A stretch of DNA of 64,000 bases from Segniliparus rotundus DSM 44985 (GTDB lineage Bacteria; Actinomycetota; Actinomycetes; Mycobacteriales; Mycobacteriaceae): assembly GCF_000092825.1 (NCBI RefSeq), contig NC_014168.1, positions 485,946 through 549,945 of the forward strand. The letters run 5' to 3'. The notes below the pieces were generated by a model. The model did not search any database and was not told where the DNA came from. It was given only the letters and a program-made list of their open reading frames with translations. The translations under genes were made by a program, and so were the position numbers. Shown one piece after another: positions 42,486 to 50,864 of this stretch; within the stretch, counting starts at the first letter, position 1; the number at the start of each line of letters is the position of its first letter.

Positions 42486-43217
42486 TCAGCGCAGTGCTGT
42501 TGCGATGCTCTGAGCGGTCACGACTCTGGCGGTCCTGGCCGCGCACCATGCGAGGGCCTGTCGGTGCTCGTCGAGCGTGTAGTCCGCAGTGGCGTCCGCC
42601 GCGATGAACGTCTCGATGTCGTTCTGCAGCGCGTCCATGGAGGTGGCCGCGACCCCGGAGAACGTGTAGACGCCGACGATGACGAGCTGGTCCCTGCCCA
42701 AAGACCGCAGAGTGTCGAGCAGATCGGTGTGGAAGAAGGCGCTGATCTTCGATTTCGTGATGAACACGTCAGCGCTCGTTCGCTCCAACGGTGGCACGAT
42801 GGCCCGCTCCGCGTCGTCGTCGGGCATACCTGTGCCATAGAGGTCCAGGAAGAGTCCGCGCTGCTCTGGTGTCATGCCTCCCGGCTGACCGGAGTACAGG
42901 ACGGGGATCCCGCTGGCACGCGCTGTGTCCAGCAAAGACTTGGCGTTGGCCAGCACCGTCTTCATCGGATCCGAGCCGAGTCGATACGGTTTGACGAAAT
43001 AATGCTGCATATCGTGGACGAGCAGAACAGCACGAGAGCGATCCAGGCCCCACGGGGCTAGGGACTTAGGAATCGAAAGCCCGTCGAGCGGATAAGAGAT
43101 CGAGCCCGTCGGGCGCACGTCCGCCCCTGCTTCGCTTCCACCGAACACCCCGGCGAGAGAAGAGGCCGCCAGAGCGGAACCCGCGACGAGCAGCTCACGC
43201 CGACGGAAACCAGACAT
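42486..43217 (-). CDS. Tat-secreted isochorismatase-family hydrolase (passenger inside the IS21 element).
   Basis: MSGFRRRELLVAGSALAASSLAGVFG twin-arginine signal. Isochorismatase fold (VLLVHDMQHYF, IVGVYTFSGVAATSMDA). The usual catalytic Cys position appears to be Gly or Ser. Confidence 0.6.
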   Translation of the reverse strand: MSGFRRRELLVAGSALAASSLAGVFGGSEAGADVRPTGSISYPLDGLSIPKSLAPWGLDRSRAVLLVHDMQHYFVKPYRLGSDPMKTVLANAKSLLDTARASGIPVLYSGQPGGMTPEQRGLFLDLYGTGMPDDDAERAIVPPLERTSADVFITKSKISAFFHTDLLDTLRSLGRDQLVIVGVYTFSGVAATSMDALQNDIETFIAADATADYTLDEHRQALAWCAARTARVVTAQSIATALR

Positions 43218-43361
43218 CCCATTCCTCCTAGAGATCGAGAAGCTGCCAAACCAGCTTACAGACACAGCGCAGGCGCCCCTAGGATTCACCGATATTGATC
43301 ATGGCTCCAGAGCCCCGACACCCCTGAAATTCACCCAGAACCGCCCCTGAAATTCGCAGAC

Positions 43362-44630
43362 CTAATCAAAAGCGGTTTCTTTCTCGTCCTGGGCGGTGAA
43401 GTCCACCCCGTCGGCGTGCGGGCCGAACCAAGTGAGGGCCGCGAGCGAAACGCACGCCGCGCCGACAAGGACCCAGAACGAGACCGGATAACCCCATGCC
43501 GCAGCCATGCCGGTTTGCAGGGTCGCGTTGCACGAGGTGCAGAGATTGCCGAGCTGGTAGGTCACGCCGGGGTAGAAGCCCCGGATGGCGTTGGGGGACA
43601 GCTCGGAGAGATGCGCGGGCACCGCGGCCCAAGCCCCTTGGGTCGTCGCTTGGACGAGGAACATCCCCAAACCGAGCAGCCATGGGTTGTGCGGCACAGT
43701 GAACAGCGGCAGGAGCGGCAGGGTCGTCAGCGAGCCGAGGACGATGACGCCGCGTCGCCCGATCCGGTCGGAGAGCGATCCGAAAAAAACGCCGCCGATG
43801 ATCGCCCCAGCATTCGCGACGATCATGACCCAGTCGGCGACGGCCGAGGACAGCGCGCGGCCCGCGTGCTCGGTCTCCTTCAAAAAGGTCGGGTACAGGT
43901 CTTGGGTGCCGTGGGAGAGCGACGTGAACGCGGTCATGAGCAGGATCAGGTAGCCGAAGCGGCGCAGGACGGCCGGGTCGAAGAACACCGCGCGCACCGA
44001 CGAGCCGTGCGCCCGCATCTTCTCCTGTGTGGACACCCAGACCTCGGACTCTTTGACGAAGGCGCGCACGATGAGGGAGATGAGCGCGGGCAGGATGGAC
44101 AGGCCGAACAGCCAGCGCCAGGAAAGCCCCAGGCAGGAGTGCAAGAACAAATGCGCGACGGAGGCGAAGAGGAAGCCGCTGGCGTAACCGGCCTGCAAGA
44201 TCCCAGAGAAGAAGCCGCGTTTGCCGGGCGGCACCTTCTCCATGGTCAGCGCGGCCCCGATGCCCCATTCCCCGCCCATGCCGATCCCGTAGAGCAGACG
44301 CAGGACCACAAGGACGGCGAAGTTCGGCGCGAAGGCGCCGAGGAACCCCACCGTCGAATAAAAGCACACGTTCACCATCAACGGGACGCGCCTGCCCGCT
44401 TTGTCCGCCCAGATCCCGAACAGGTACGCCCCGAGCGGGCGCATCACCAAGGTGACGGTGATGAGAAAGGTGAGTTGGCGCTTGGAGACATGGAACTCCT
44501 GCCCGATCTCGTTCAACACCAGCGTGAGGATGAAAAAATCGAAGGCGTCCATCGCCCAACCGAGCCACGAGGCGAGGAAGGCGCTGCGTTGGTCGCGGTC
44601 AAGATCGGCCCAAGGGGAAGGCTTGCGCAT
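43362..44630 (-). CDS. MFS transporter.
   Basis: Internal ATG (MRKPSPWADLDRDQRSAF...). 12-TM MFS topology. The upstream 205 codons of the ORF are Arg-rich and rejected. Confidence 0.75.
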   Translation of the reverse strand: MRKPSPWADLDRDQRSAFLASWLGWAMDAFDFFILTLVLNEIGQEFHVSKRQLTFLITVTLVMRPLGAYLFGIWADKAGRRVPLMVNVCFYSTVGFLGAFAPNFAVLVVLRLLYGIGMGGEWGIGAALTMEKVPPGKRGFFSGILQAGYASGFLFASVAHLFLHSCLGLSWRWLFGLSILPALISLIVRAFVKESEVWVSTQEKMRAHGSSVRAVFFDPAVLRRFGYLILLMTAFTSLSHGTQDLYPTFLKETEHAGRALSSAVADWVMIVANAGAIIGGVFFGSLSDRIGRRGVIVLGSLTTLPLLPLFTVPHNPWLLGLGMFLVQATTQGAWAAVPAHLSELSPNAIRGFYPGVTYQLGNLCTSCNATLQTGMAAAWGYPVSFWVLVGAACVSLAALTWFGPHADGVDFTAQDEKETAFD

Positions 44631-44701
44631 GTGAGGCAGATTACCTGCCCTGGTTTTCTCGGCGGCGTCTCCCCGCCAAAGCGCATCCGAGCGCACCGGC
44701 C

Positions 44702-45886
44702 TTAGGAGCCGGGGTGCGCGGCGCGTCCGGCGAGGAGCACCAAGCCGGTCCCCGGATCGAAGATTTCGAAGCAGAAGGCGTGGTCCGCGGCGAAAGAAAT
44801 CGCGGGCGCCGGGGCCGTCGCGCCGCCAGGCCCTGAGACGGGGGGCGGCGGCGCCATCGACACGCCTTGCTCGCCGAACGCCACAGCGGCCTGGCTCGAC
44901 CAGCCGCTCGCCCTGGCTTCGGGCGCGAGGCGGGGAAGGGCGGCCTGGGCGGTTGCTTCTGCGGCTCCGGTCAGGTCGGCAAGCGCGGACCAGCGCGGCA
45001 GGGCAAAGCCCAGCGGTGCGGGCGGGGCGCTCGCCAAGGCGGTGCGGGCCGCGGGCAATATGCCCGAGAGGGAGGCGCGCGGGTCGACGGGGATGACCAG
45101 CCGCATCTCGACGCCGTCGGCGAGCGGGAGCTCTGCGGCCCGCCAACCAGTCCCCGCTGCCGTGCGGGCGAGGACGACGCCGCGCATGGTGGGCGGCTGC
45201 GCCGACGCGCCGCCCGCCGTGGTGAACGGCGCTGGCGAGGTCCATTCAGGCCGGAACGGGAAACGCCACCCCGCCAGCAGTTCGGTCAGATCGGCGAAAT
45301 ACACCCCGTGCTGCGCGCCGAGCCCCGGCATGGGTCCGCTGAAGCGCGCGTTGACCGTGCCCAGAGCCCACCCGTTCACCGCCTCGGCCAGTTTCGGGTC
45401 GCCCCCTCGCGCGAGATAGAGGCCCATGTCGAAGTTTTCGGCGAGCAGGTCGAGGAATTCGGGGGCGACTGCGAGGGACCGGTCCGCGATCAGCGCGGTC
45501 CTGCTGCGCAGAACAGGTGTGCCGTCGGCCCCGGCGTTCGGGACGCTGTCAGGGTCGCCCTGCCACTTTTCGAGTTGGCCGATCATCGCGGCGATCGCAG
45601 GGTCCTCGCCTGCGCCGTTCGCGTCAGCGATGATCCGTTCGCGGCGAACGAGGGCCCATGGGCTGAACACCGTGTCATGGTCCGGCGCGAGCGCGTCGAG
45701 TTCGTCAAGGGCGAGCTGGGCGCTGCGCCGGGCGAGCGCTGTGACGGCTTCCTGGTGCGCGTCGACGCCGATTTCCGCGAACTTCACTCGCGAGGAAAGC
45801 GCCTCAAGATGCGGTTCCTCCTTGGCGGCTCCGCTCGCGCACCCTGCGAGCACGGCGGCTGCTGCGAAAGCGACAGCTCTCCTCAT
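44702..45886 (-). CDS. Serpin-family lipoprotein.
   Basis: MRRAVAFAAAAVLAGCASG lipobox start. C-terminal serpin signature FAADHAFCFEIFDPGTGLVLLAGRAAHP (compare FxxDxPFxFxIxDxxTGxxLFxGRVxxP). Confidence 0.6.
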   Translation of the reverse strand: MRRAVAFAAAAVLAGCASGAAKEEPHLEALSSRVKFAEIGVDAHQEAVTALARRSAQLALDELDALAPDHDTVFSPWALVRRERIIADANGAGEDPAIAAMIGQLEKWQGDPDSVPNAGADGTPVLRSRTALIADRSLAVAPEFLDLLAENFDMGLYLARGGDPKLAEAVNGWALGTVNARFSGPMPGLGAQHGVYFADLTELLAGWRFPFRPEWTSPAPFTTAGGASAQPPTMRGVVLARTAAGTGWRAAELPLADGVEMRLVIPVDPRASLSGILPAARTALASAPPAPLGFALPRWSALADLTGAAEATAQAALPRLAPEARASGWSSQAAVAFGEQGVSMAPPPPVSGPGGATAPAPAISFAADHAFCFEIFDPGTGLVLLAGRAAHPGS

Positions 45887-45909
45887 CGCACCGAGCGTAC
45901 CTGGCGGGC

Positions 45910-46974
45910 TCAGGAAGGGATGAGCGAGACCTTCACGGACCGCGATCCGTCCCCGACGAGTTCGAAGCCCTTTTCGAAATCCGTCAGCGGGAATTGGTGG
46001 GTGCAAATGTCGTCGAGCGGGAGGCTTTGGGACTCGAGCATGCGGATGGCTGTCGGCCAACAGTTCGGGCCCAAATGCGCGCCGAGGACATCGAGCTCTT
46101 TGTCATCGCTGATGATGGTCCAGTCGACGGCGACCGCGTCCCGGAAAACCCCGTACTCGATGTATTTTCCTTGTTTGCGCAGGAGTTTGAGGCCTTGCGG
46201 CACAGCAGAGGCGTGGCCGGTGCCTTCCAGGTACACGTCCGCGCCGAGCCCCTCGGTGAGTTCGAGGACGACCCCGTTCGGATCGTTCTGCGAGATGTCC
46301 ACCGTGGTGTCCGCGCCGCAACGGGCGGCCAGTTCCAGTTTTTCCGGTTTCATGTCCAACGCCACGATGTGCTGCGGGTTGCGGGCTTTCGCCCCGGCGA
46401 TCATGCCGAGGCCGATAGGCCCGCAGCCCGCCACGACCACCACGTCGTCGAACCGGATATGGGCTCGTTGCACTGCGTGCAGCGAGCAGGCGAGCGGTTC
46501 GCAGAACGCCGCGTGCTCGGGCGCCAGCTCTCCTGAGATCTTGTGCACCAGCGATTTTGCCGGGAAGAGCATGTAGGTGGCCATGGCGCCGTTGTAGCCT
46601 CGGCGGAATCCGTAAATGTCGTGCGGCACGCACATGTGGTAGTTCCCCTTGCGGCAGAAACGGCACTCCCAACAGGGAACGATCTGCTCGGCGGACACCC
46701 GGTCGCCGAGTTTCACCCCCCAGCGCAGGGACGCGTCCTCGTCGATGCGCACGACCCGGCCCACGAACTCGTGGCCGGGGATCACGCCGGTGTGCGCCCA
46801 CGGGGCCCGGCCCTCGTCGCCCCAGAACTTCGCGGCTCCTTGGAAGCATTTGAGGTCGCTTCCGCAGATCCCCACCGCTTCGACCCGGATCAAGGCTTCT
46901 CCGGGGCCGGGCACGGGCACGGGCATTTCCTCGACGCGGTAATCCTGGGGGCCATGGCAGACCACTGCCTGCAT
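45910..46974 (-). CDS. Zinc-dependent alcohol/polyol dehydrogenase (MDR family).
   Basis: MQAVVCHGP start. GHEFVG and CWECRFC zinc sites. GCGPIGLG Rossmann motif. Confidence 0.8.
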   Translation of the reverse strand: MQAVVCHGPQDYRVEEMPVPVPGPGEALIRVEAVGICGSDLKCFQGAAKFWGDEGRAPWAHTGVIPGHEFVGRVVRIDEDASLRWGVKLGDRVSAEQIVPCWECRFCRKGNYHMCVPHDIYGFRRGYNGAMATYMLFPAKSLVHKISGELAPEHAAFCEPLACSLHAVQRAHIRFDDVVVVAGCGPIGLGMIAGAKARNPQHIVALDMKPEKLELAARCGADTTVDISQNDPNGVVLELTEGLGADVYLEGTGHASAVPQGLKLLRKQGKYIEYGVFRDAVAVDWTIISDDKELDVLGAHLGPNCWPTAIRMLESQSLPLDDICTHQFPLTDFEKGFELVGDGSRSVKVSLIPS

Positions 46975-47005
46975 GGTCTTCGCGACGGGCTCTTCCAGCA
47001 CGGTC

Positions 47006-48520
47006 TCAGACAGTTGCGTCACTGCTTCTCCTACGGTGGTCGTTTCCTTCTCCCGCCAGCTGGTGAACAGCGGACTTGCTGGAGCGATACAGCTCGCGCC
47101 ATGTCTCGTGGAGTCGGTCGTAGCGTTCGCGGCGCTCCTCTCGGGGAATGACTTTACAGACGACGTGAGACCAGTCTGTCTCCGGGGTGACAAGCCCCAC
47201 ACCAACTGCCGCGAGGAGTGCGTCGCCATAGCTCGCGCCCGCCGTTTGCTCGGTGATCGCCTGGGGCTGGCCCGTGATGTCGCTGACCGCTTGCGTCCAG
47301 ACCGGGCTCTTGACCCCGCCGCCAATCGCGACGATCCGCCGCACGGGGGCTTCTGCTTCGCCGAAGGCTTCGAGCACGTCCCGGACGCCGAAGGCGATGC
47401 CTTCGTATGCTGCGCGGAACAGATGCCCTCGAGTGTGGTTCATCGTGAGCCCCGCGAACACCCCGCGAGCGTCGTAGTCGAAGATCGGCGTGCGCTCCCC
47501 GGCGAGGTAGGGGAGCGCGAGGAGCCCGTCTGCCCCCGCGGGGACGGATTCGGCCTCTCGGGTGAGGACGTCGAAGTCGGGCCCTCCGGTGACGGACTGC
47601 AGCCAGCTGATAAGACTGCCCGCAGTGGAGGTGCCCGCGGCCAGGGCGAGCGAGCCTGTTTGCACGCCTGCGGTGGTCCAGAGCGCGGGATGGTGGCAGA
47701 AACTGTCGATGACCTCGACGAAAAACATCGTCGAGCCGTACATGACCATGAGGTCGCCCGGGTGGCGCACGCCGACGCTGTGCGCCTCGGCGTAGGCGTC
47801 CACAGTGCCCGCGAGCACCGGGGTGCCGACGGGCAGGGCGGTGGCCTCCGACGCTTCCTGGCGCACATGGCCGACCACTTCGCTCGGCCACGCCAGCTGC
47901 GGCAGCGGCACATGGTCGAGCAGCTCGTCTGCCCATTCGGTGTTCCAAGCGAACTCGCGAGTGAGGTAGAGGGGGTCGCATTGGCTCGCCGTGTGGTGGT
48001 CGGCGATGTATTCGCCGGTGAGTTTCGCGACGATGTATGAGTTCGAGCTGTACCAGCGCCGTGTCCGCGCCCAGACGTCCGGCTCGTGCCTGCGTGCCCA
48101 GGCGAGTTTCGGGCCGACTGCTTGGCTGGAGAGCGCGGAGCCGCACTTCTGCGCGATGGCCTCGGGGCCGAATCGCTCGGCGAGCTCTTGGATCTCGGCG
48201 GTCGCGCGCGCGTCGACGCCGTACAAGATGGCAGGGCGCAGCGGTCGGACTTGCTCGTCGCACAGGAGGAGGCAGGGGCCGATGCCGCTCACGCAGACCC
48301 CCGCGATCCGTGAGCCTGGTGGGGCCGCCTCGACCAGCTCGCGAGTGATCGCGCAAACCCCGTCCCACCAGTCCCGCTCCGCGTCCATTTCTGCCCACCC
48401 GGGCCGGGGCAAGGACATTCGGTGCGGTGAGAGCGCTGTGGAGAGGACTTTTCCGTCGCAGGCGGCGAGAATTCCTTTGCTACTGCCGGTGCCGATGTCG
48501 ACGCCGATGACGAGGTCCAT
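47006..48520 (-). CDS. FGGY-family carbohydrate kinase (xylulokinase/ribulokinase-like).
   Basis: LVIGVDIGTGSSKG N-terminus and the two actin-like FGGY domains. Probably in an operon with the downstream dehydrogenase. Confidence 0.8.
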   Translation of the reverse strand: MDLVIGVDIGTGSSKGILAACDGKVLSTALSPHRMSLPRPGWAEMDAERDWWDGVCAITRELVEAAPPGSRIAGVCVSGIGPCLLLCDEQVRPLRPAILYGVDARATAEIQELAERFGPEAIAQKCGSALSSQAVGPKLAWARRHEPDVWARTRRWYSSNSYIVAKLTGEYIADHHTASQCDPLYLTREFAWNTEWADELLDHVPLPQLAWPSEVVGHVRQEASEATALPVGTPVLAGTVDAYAEAHSVGVRHPGDLMVMYGSTMFFVEVIDSFCHHPALWTTAGVQTGSLALAAGTSTAGSLISWLQSVTGGPDFDVLTREAESVPAGADGLLALPYLAGERTPIFDYDARGVFAGLTMNHTRGHLFRAAYEGIAFGVRDVLEAFGEAEAPVRRIVAIGGGVKSPVWTQAVSDITGQPQAITEQTAGASYGDALLAAVGVGLVTPETDWSHVVCKVIPREERRERYDRLHETWRELYRSSKSAVHQLAGEGNDHRRRSSDATV

Positions 48521-48563
48521 GTCGTTGAGTGTAGCCGAATATTGTCAATATATATGACATGGA

Positions 48564-49661
48564 TCACGTATTCGGGGTGTTCGTCTCCAGACGCTCCTGG
48601 TCGAACTCGTCCGGTTGTTTCGTGTGGATCGGGTCGCTCTTGCGGAACACCAGGAAGAACACCACCCAGCCGACGGCGGTGACGAGCAGGAAGCTGACAA
48701 GGCGGTAGATGACCACCGCGGAGAACGCGGCTCCGGAGGGAACGCCGCTGCCGGTCAAGGTGGGGACCAGCACAAGCTCGACCACCCCGAGCCCTCCGGG
48801 GAGCAAAGGCACGGCGACTGCGGCGGTTTTGCCCAGCGCGTACGCGGTGAGCAGGCCAGGCAGGCTCGGATGCGCGTCCGTCGCATAACAGGCGCAGGCC
48901 AGGCAGGCGATATCGGCGAGCCAGTTCGTCATGCTCCAGCTGAACGCCTTGAGCCCGTCCAGCCGGCTGAGCCGGACCGCCTGCGCCTGCTCGAGCAACT
49001 GCTGCCAGCGCAGCAGGCCCTCGTCGGGCGGACGCTTGCGCAGACGGTTCACCAACGCGAAAATTTTGCTGCTCAGCGCGCTCATGTCCTCGGGGCGCGA
49101 AGCGATGAACTGGGCGAGGAACAGGAAGGCGAGGAAGCCGCCGACCATGAAGATGAGGGAGAACGGCGTGGTCTTCACCCCGGCCAGGAACGCTCCGCCG
49201 AAGCCGATCAGCGCGAGGCCGGCCCCTTTCAGAAGGCCCGACATGACGATCTGCCATGAGGCGACCAGCGCCGTCGCGCCCCAGCGCCGCGTCTGCCGAT
49301 AGGCGAACGCGGTGGCCAGCACCTGGCCCGCGGGCAGGCTGCAGCTGATGGAGTTGGCGGCATAAATCTCCGCGGCGGAGCGCAACGTCGAGACCCGCAC
49401 GCCCGCCGAGGCGAACAGGGTGCGCTGGACTTGGCTGAAGCTTTCCATCGAGGCCGCGGCCGCGAGCACGCACGCGCCGACCCAGAGCCAACGGACGTTT
49501 TTCGTCTCCTGCCAGTAACGGCGGACCTCCGGCGCCACGTACCAGAGTTCGATGGCTAAGATCACCACAACAACGACAAGCGCCGCGCGGCGCAGCATCT
49601 GCGCCGGATTGCGCCCAGGGGCCGCAGAGCCCTCTGGCGATTGGGTCGCCATCCGAGCCAC
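48564..49661 (-). CDS. YbhN/UPF0104-family integral membrane protein (lysylphosphatidylglycerol-synthase TM-region-like).
   Basis: An 8-TM protein. The start may be an internal ATG (MLRRAALVVVVV). Confidence 0.45.
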   Translation of the reverse strand: MARMATQSPEGSAAPGRNPAQMLRRAALVVVVVILAIELWYVAPEVRRYWQETKNVRWLWVGACVLAAAASMESFSQVQRTLFASAGVRVSTLRSAAEIYAANSISCSLPAGQVLATAFAYRQTRRWGATALVASWQIVMSGLLKGAGLALIGFGGAFLAGVKTTPFSLIFMVGGFLAFLFLAQFIASRPEDMSALSSKIFALVNRLRKRPPDEGLLRWQQLLEQAQAVRLSRLDGLKAFSWSMTNWLADIACLACACYATDAHPSLPGLLTAYALGKTAAVAVPLLPGGLGVVELVLVPTLTGSGVPSGAAFSAVVIYRLVSFLLVTAVGWVVFFLVFRKSDPIHTKQPDEFDQERLETNTPNT

Positions 49662-49706
49662 GGTACTGTGACGAGCATAGGAAAGTCCAATAAGGAGCGC
49701 CAGACT

Positions 49707-50864
49707 ATGTCAACTCAGGTATCAGACTCCGGGCAACGCGTCCAGGTCGTCCTTCCACAGGACGGGCACATCCACATAACGTTGCGCAAGCTCTCAGATT
49801 GGACATGGCGGCTCCTCGTCGTCCTTCTGGGCCTTGTGGTCCTCGGGAAGCTTTTCCTCTTCCTGGAAGTCGTGCTCGTCCCGGTCGCTTTGGCGCTCCT
49901 GCTCGCGGCGTTCATGTCGCCGCTGGTCGACTCGCTTGTGTCGCGGCGAGTTCCCCGCTCGCTGGCAGTCGGCGTGGTGTTGGTCTTGGTGCTCGGCGTG
50001 CTCACAGGGATCTTCGCCTTCATCATCCAGCAGGCCATCGACGGCTGGCCGGCCCTGCAGGAGCAGGTGCTGCAGAGCTTCGAGCAGCTGCGAGTCTGGG
50101 CTGAGCACGCCGGGCTGCATTTCTCCGCCGACCAATTGGAGAAGGCGCGGGACACGACGGTGCATTTCGTGCAGCAGCACCGCTCCGACATCACCCAGGG
50201 CGTGTTCTCCACCGCCTCGGCCCTTGTCGAAGGCGTGACCGGGTTCTTCCTGGCGTTGTTCACCCTGATCTTCTTCTTGAGCGACGGCAAAAGCATCTGG
50301 GAGTACCTCACGAAGCTGGTGCCGGGGGAGTCTCGGGAACGAGTCCGGGCCGCTGGCTCCTCGGGGTACAAGACGCTGATCGGCTATGTCCGGGGGACAG
50401 TTTTTGTGGCCGCGGCCGACGCCATCGGCATCGGCGTCGGCCTCGCCGTGTTGCGGGTGCCGTTGGCATTGCCGCTCGCGTCGCTGGTCTTCCTCGGCGC
50501 GTTCGTCCCCGTGGTCGGATCGGTCCTCGCGGGGTCGGTGGCCGTGCTCGTCGCGTTAGTGACGCAGGGTCCGCTGGTCGCCTTGCTCACCCTGATCCTG
50601 CTCGTGGCGGTCATGCAGCTCGAGAGTCATGTTTTGCAGCCATTGGTGCTCGGCCGCGCGGTGCGGATACACCCGTTGGCAGTGATCCTTGCCATCGCGG
50701 TCGGGGTCGTGCTGGCCGGCGTGGTGGGAGCCCTCTTGGCTGTGCCGCTGGTCGCGGTCCTGAACACGTTCATCGGCCAGCTGGTCCGAGGCCAGGGCCC
50801 AGAATCCCAAGAAACGCTGAAATCCGAGGTGGAGCAGGTCGGCGAGCCAGCGTCACTACACTGA
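49707..50864 (+). CDS. AI-2E family transporter (PerM-like).
   Basis: An ATG preceded by an AAGGAG ribosome-binding site. 385 aa. AI-2E topology with a charged C-terminal tail. Confidence 0.8.
   Translation: MSTQVSDSGQRVQVVLPQDGHIHITLRKLSDWTWRLLVVLLGLVVLGKLFLFLEVVLVPVALALLLAAFMSPLVDSLVSRRVPRSLAVGVVLVLVLGVLTGIFAFIIQQAIDGWPALQEQVLQSFEQLRVWAEHAGLHFSADQLEKARDTTVHFVQQHRSDITQGVFSTASALVEGVTGFFLALFTLIFFLSDGKSIWEYLTKLVPGESRERVRAAGSSGYKTLIGYVRGTVFVAAADAIGIGVGLAVLRVPLALPLASLVFLGAFVPVVGSVLAGSVAVLVALVTQGPLVALLTLILLVAVMQLESHVLQPLVLGRAVRIHPLAVILAIAVGVVLAGVVGALLAVPLVAVLNTFIGQLVRGQGPESQETLKSEVEQVGEPASLH

Larger units (their letters stand above)
41153..43357. mobile_element. Decayed IS21-family insertion sequence carrying a passenger gene.
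   Basis: Multiple terminal repeats GAATTTCAGGTGC at the left end (41162-41174, 41203-41215), inverted copies CCTGAAATTC(A/G)C at the right end (43325-43336, 43344-43355), and istA/istB remnants inside. Confidence 0.6.

Noticed and set aside
41352..43061. 569-aa ORF read as one protein.
   Set aside because: It fuses an IstA DDE-core fragment with antisense readthrough of the isochorismatase gene. I interpret it as a pseudogene remnant rather than a functional transposase.
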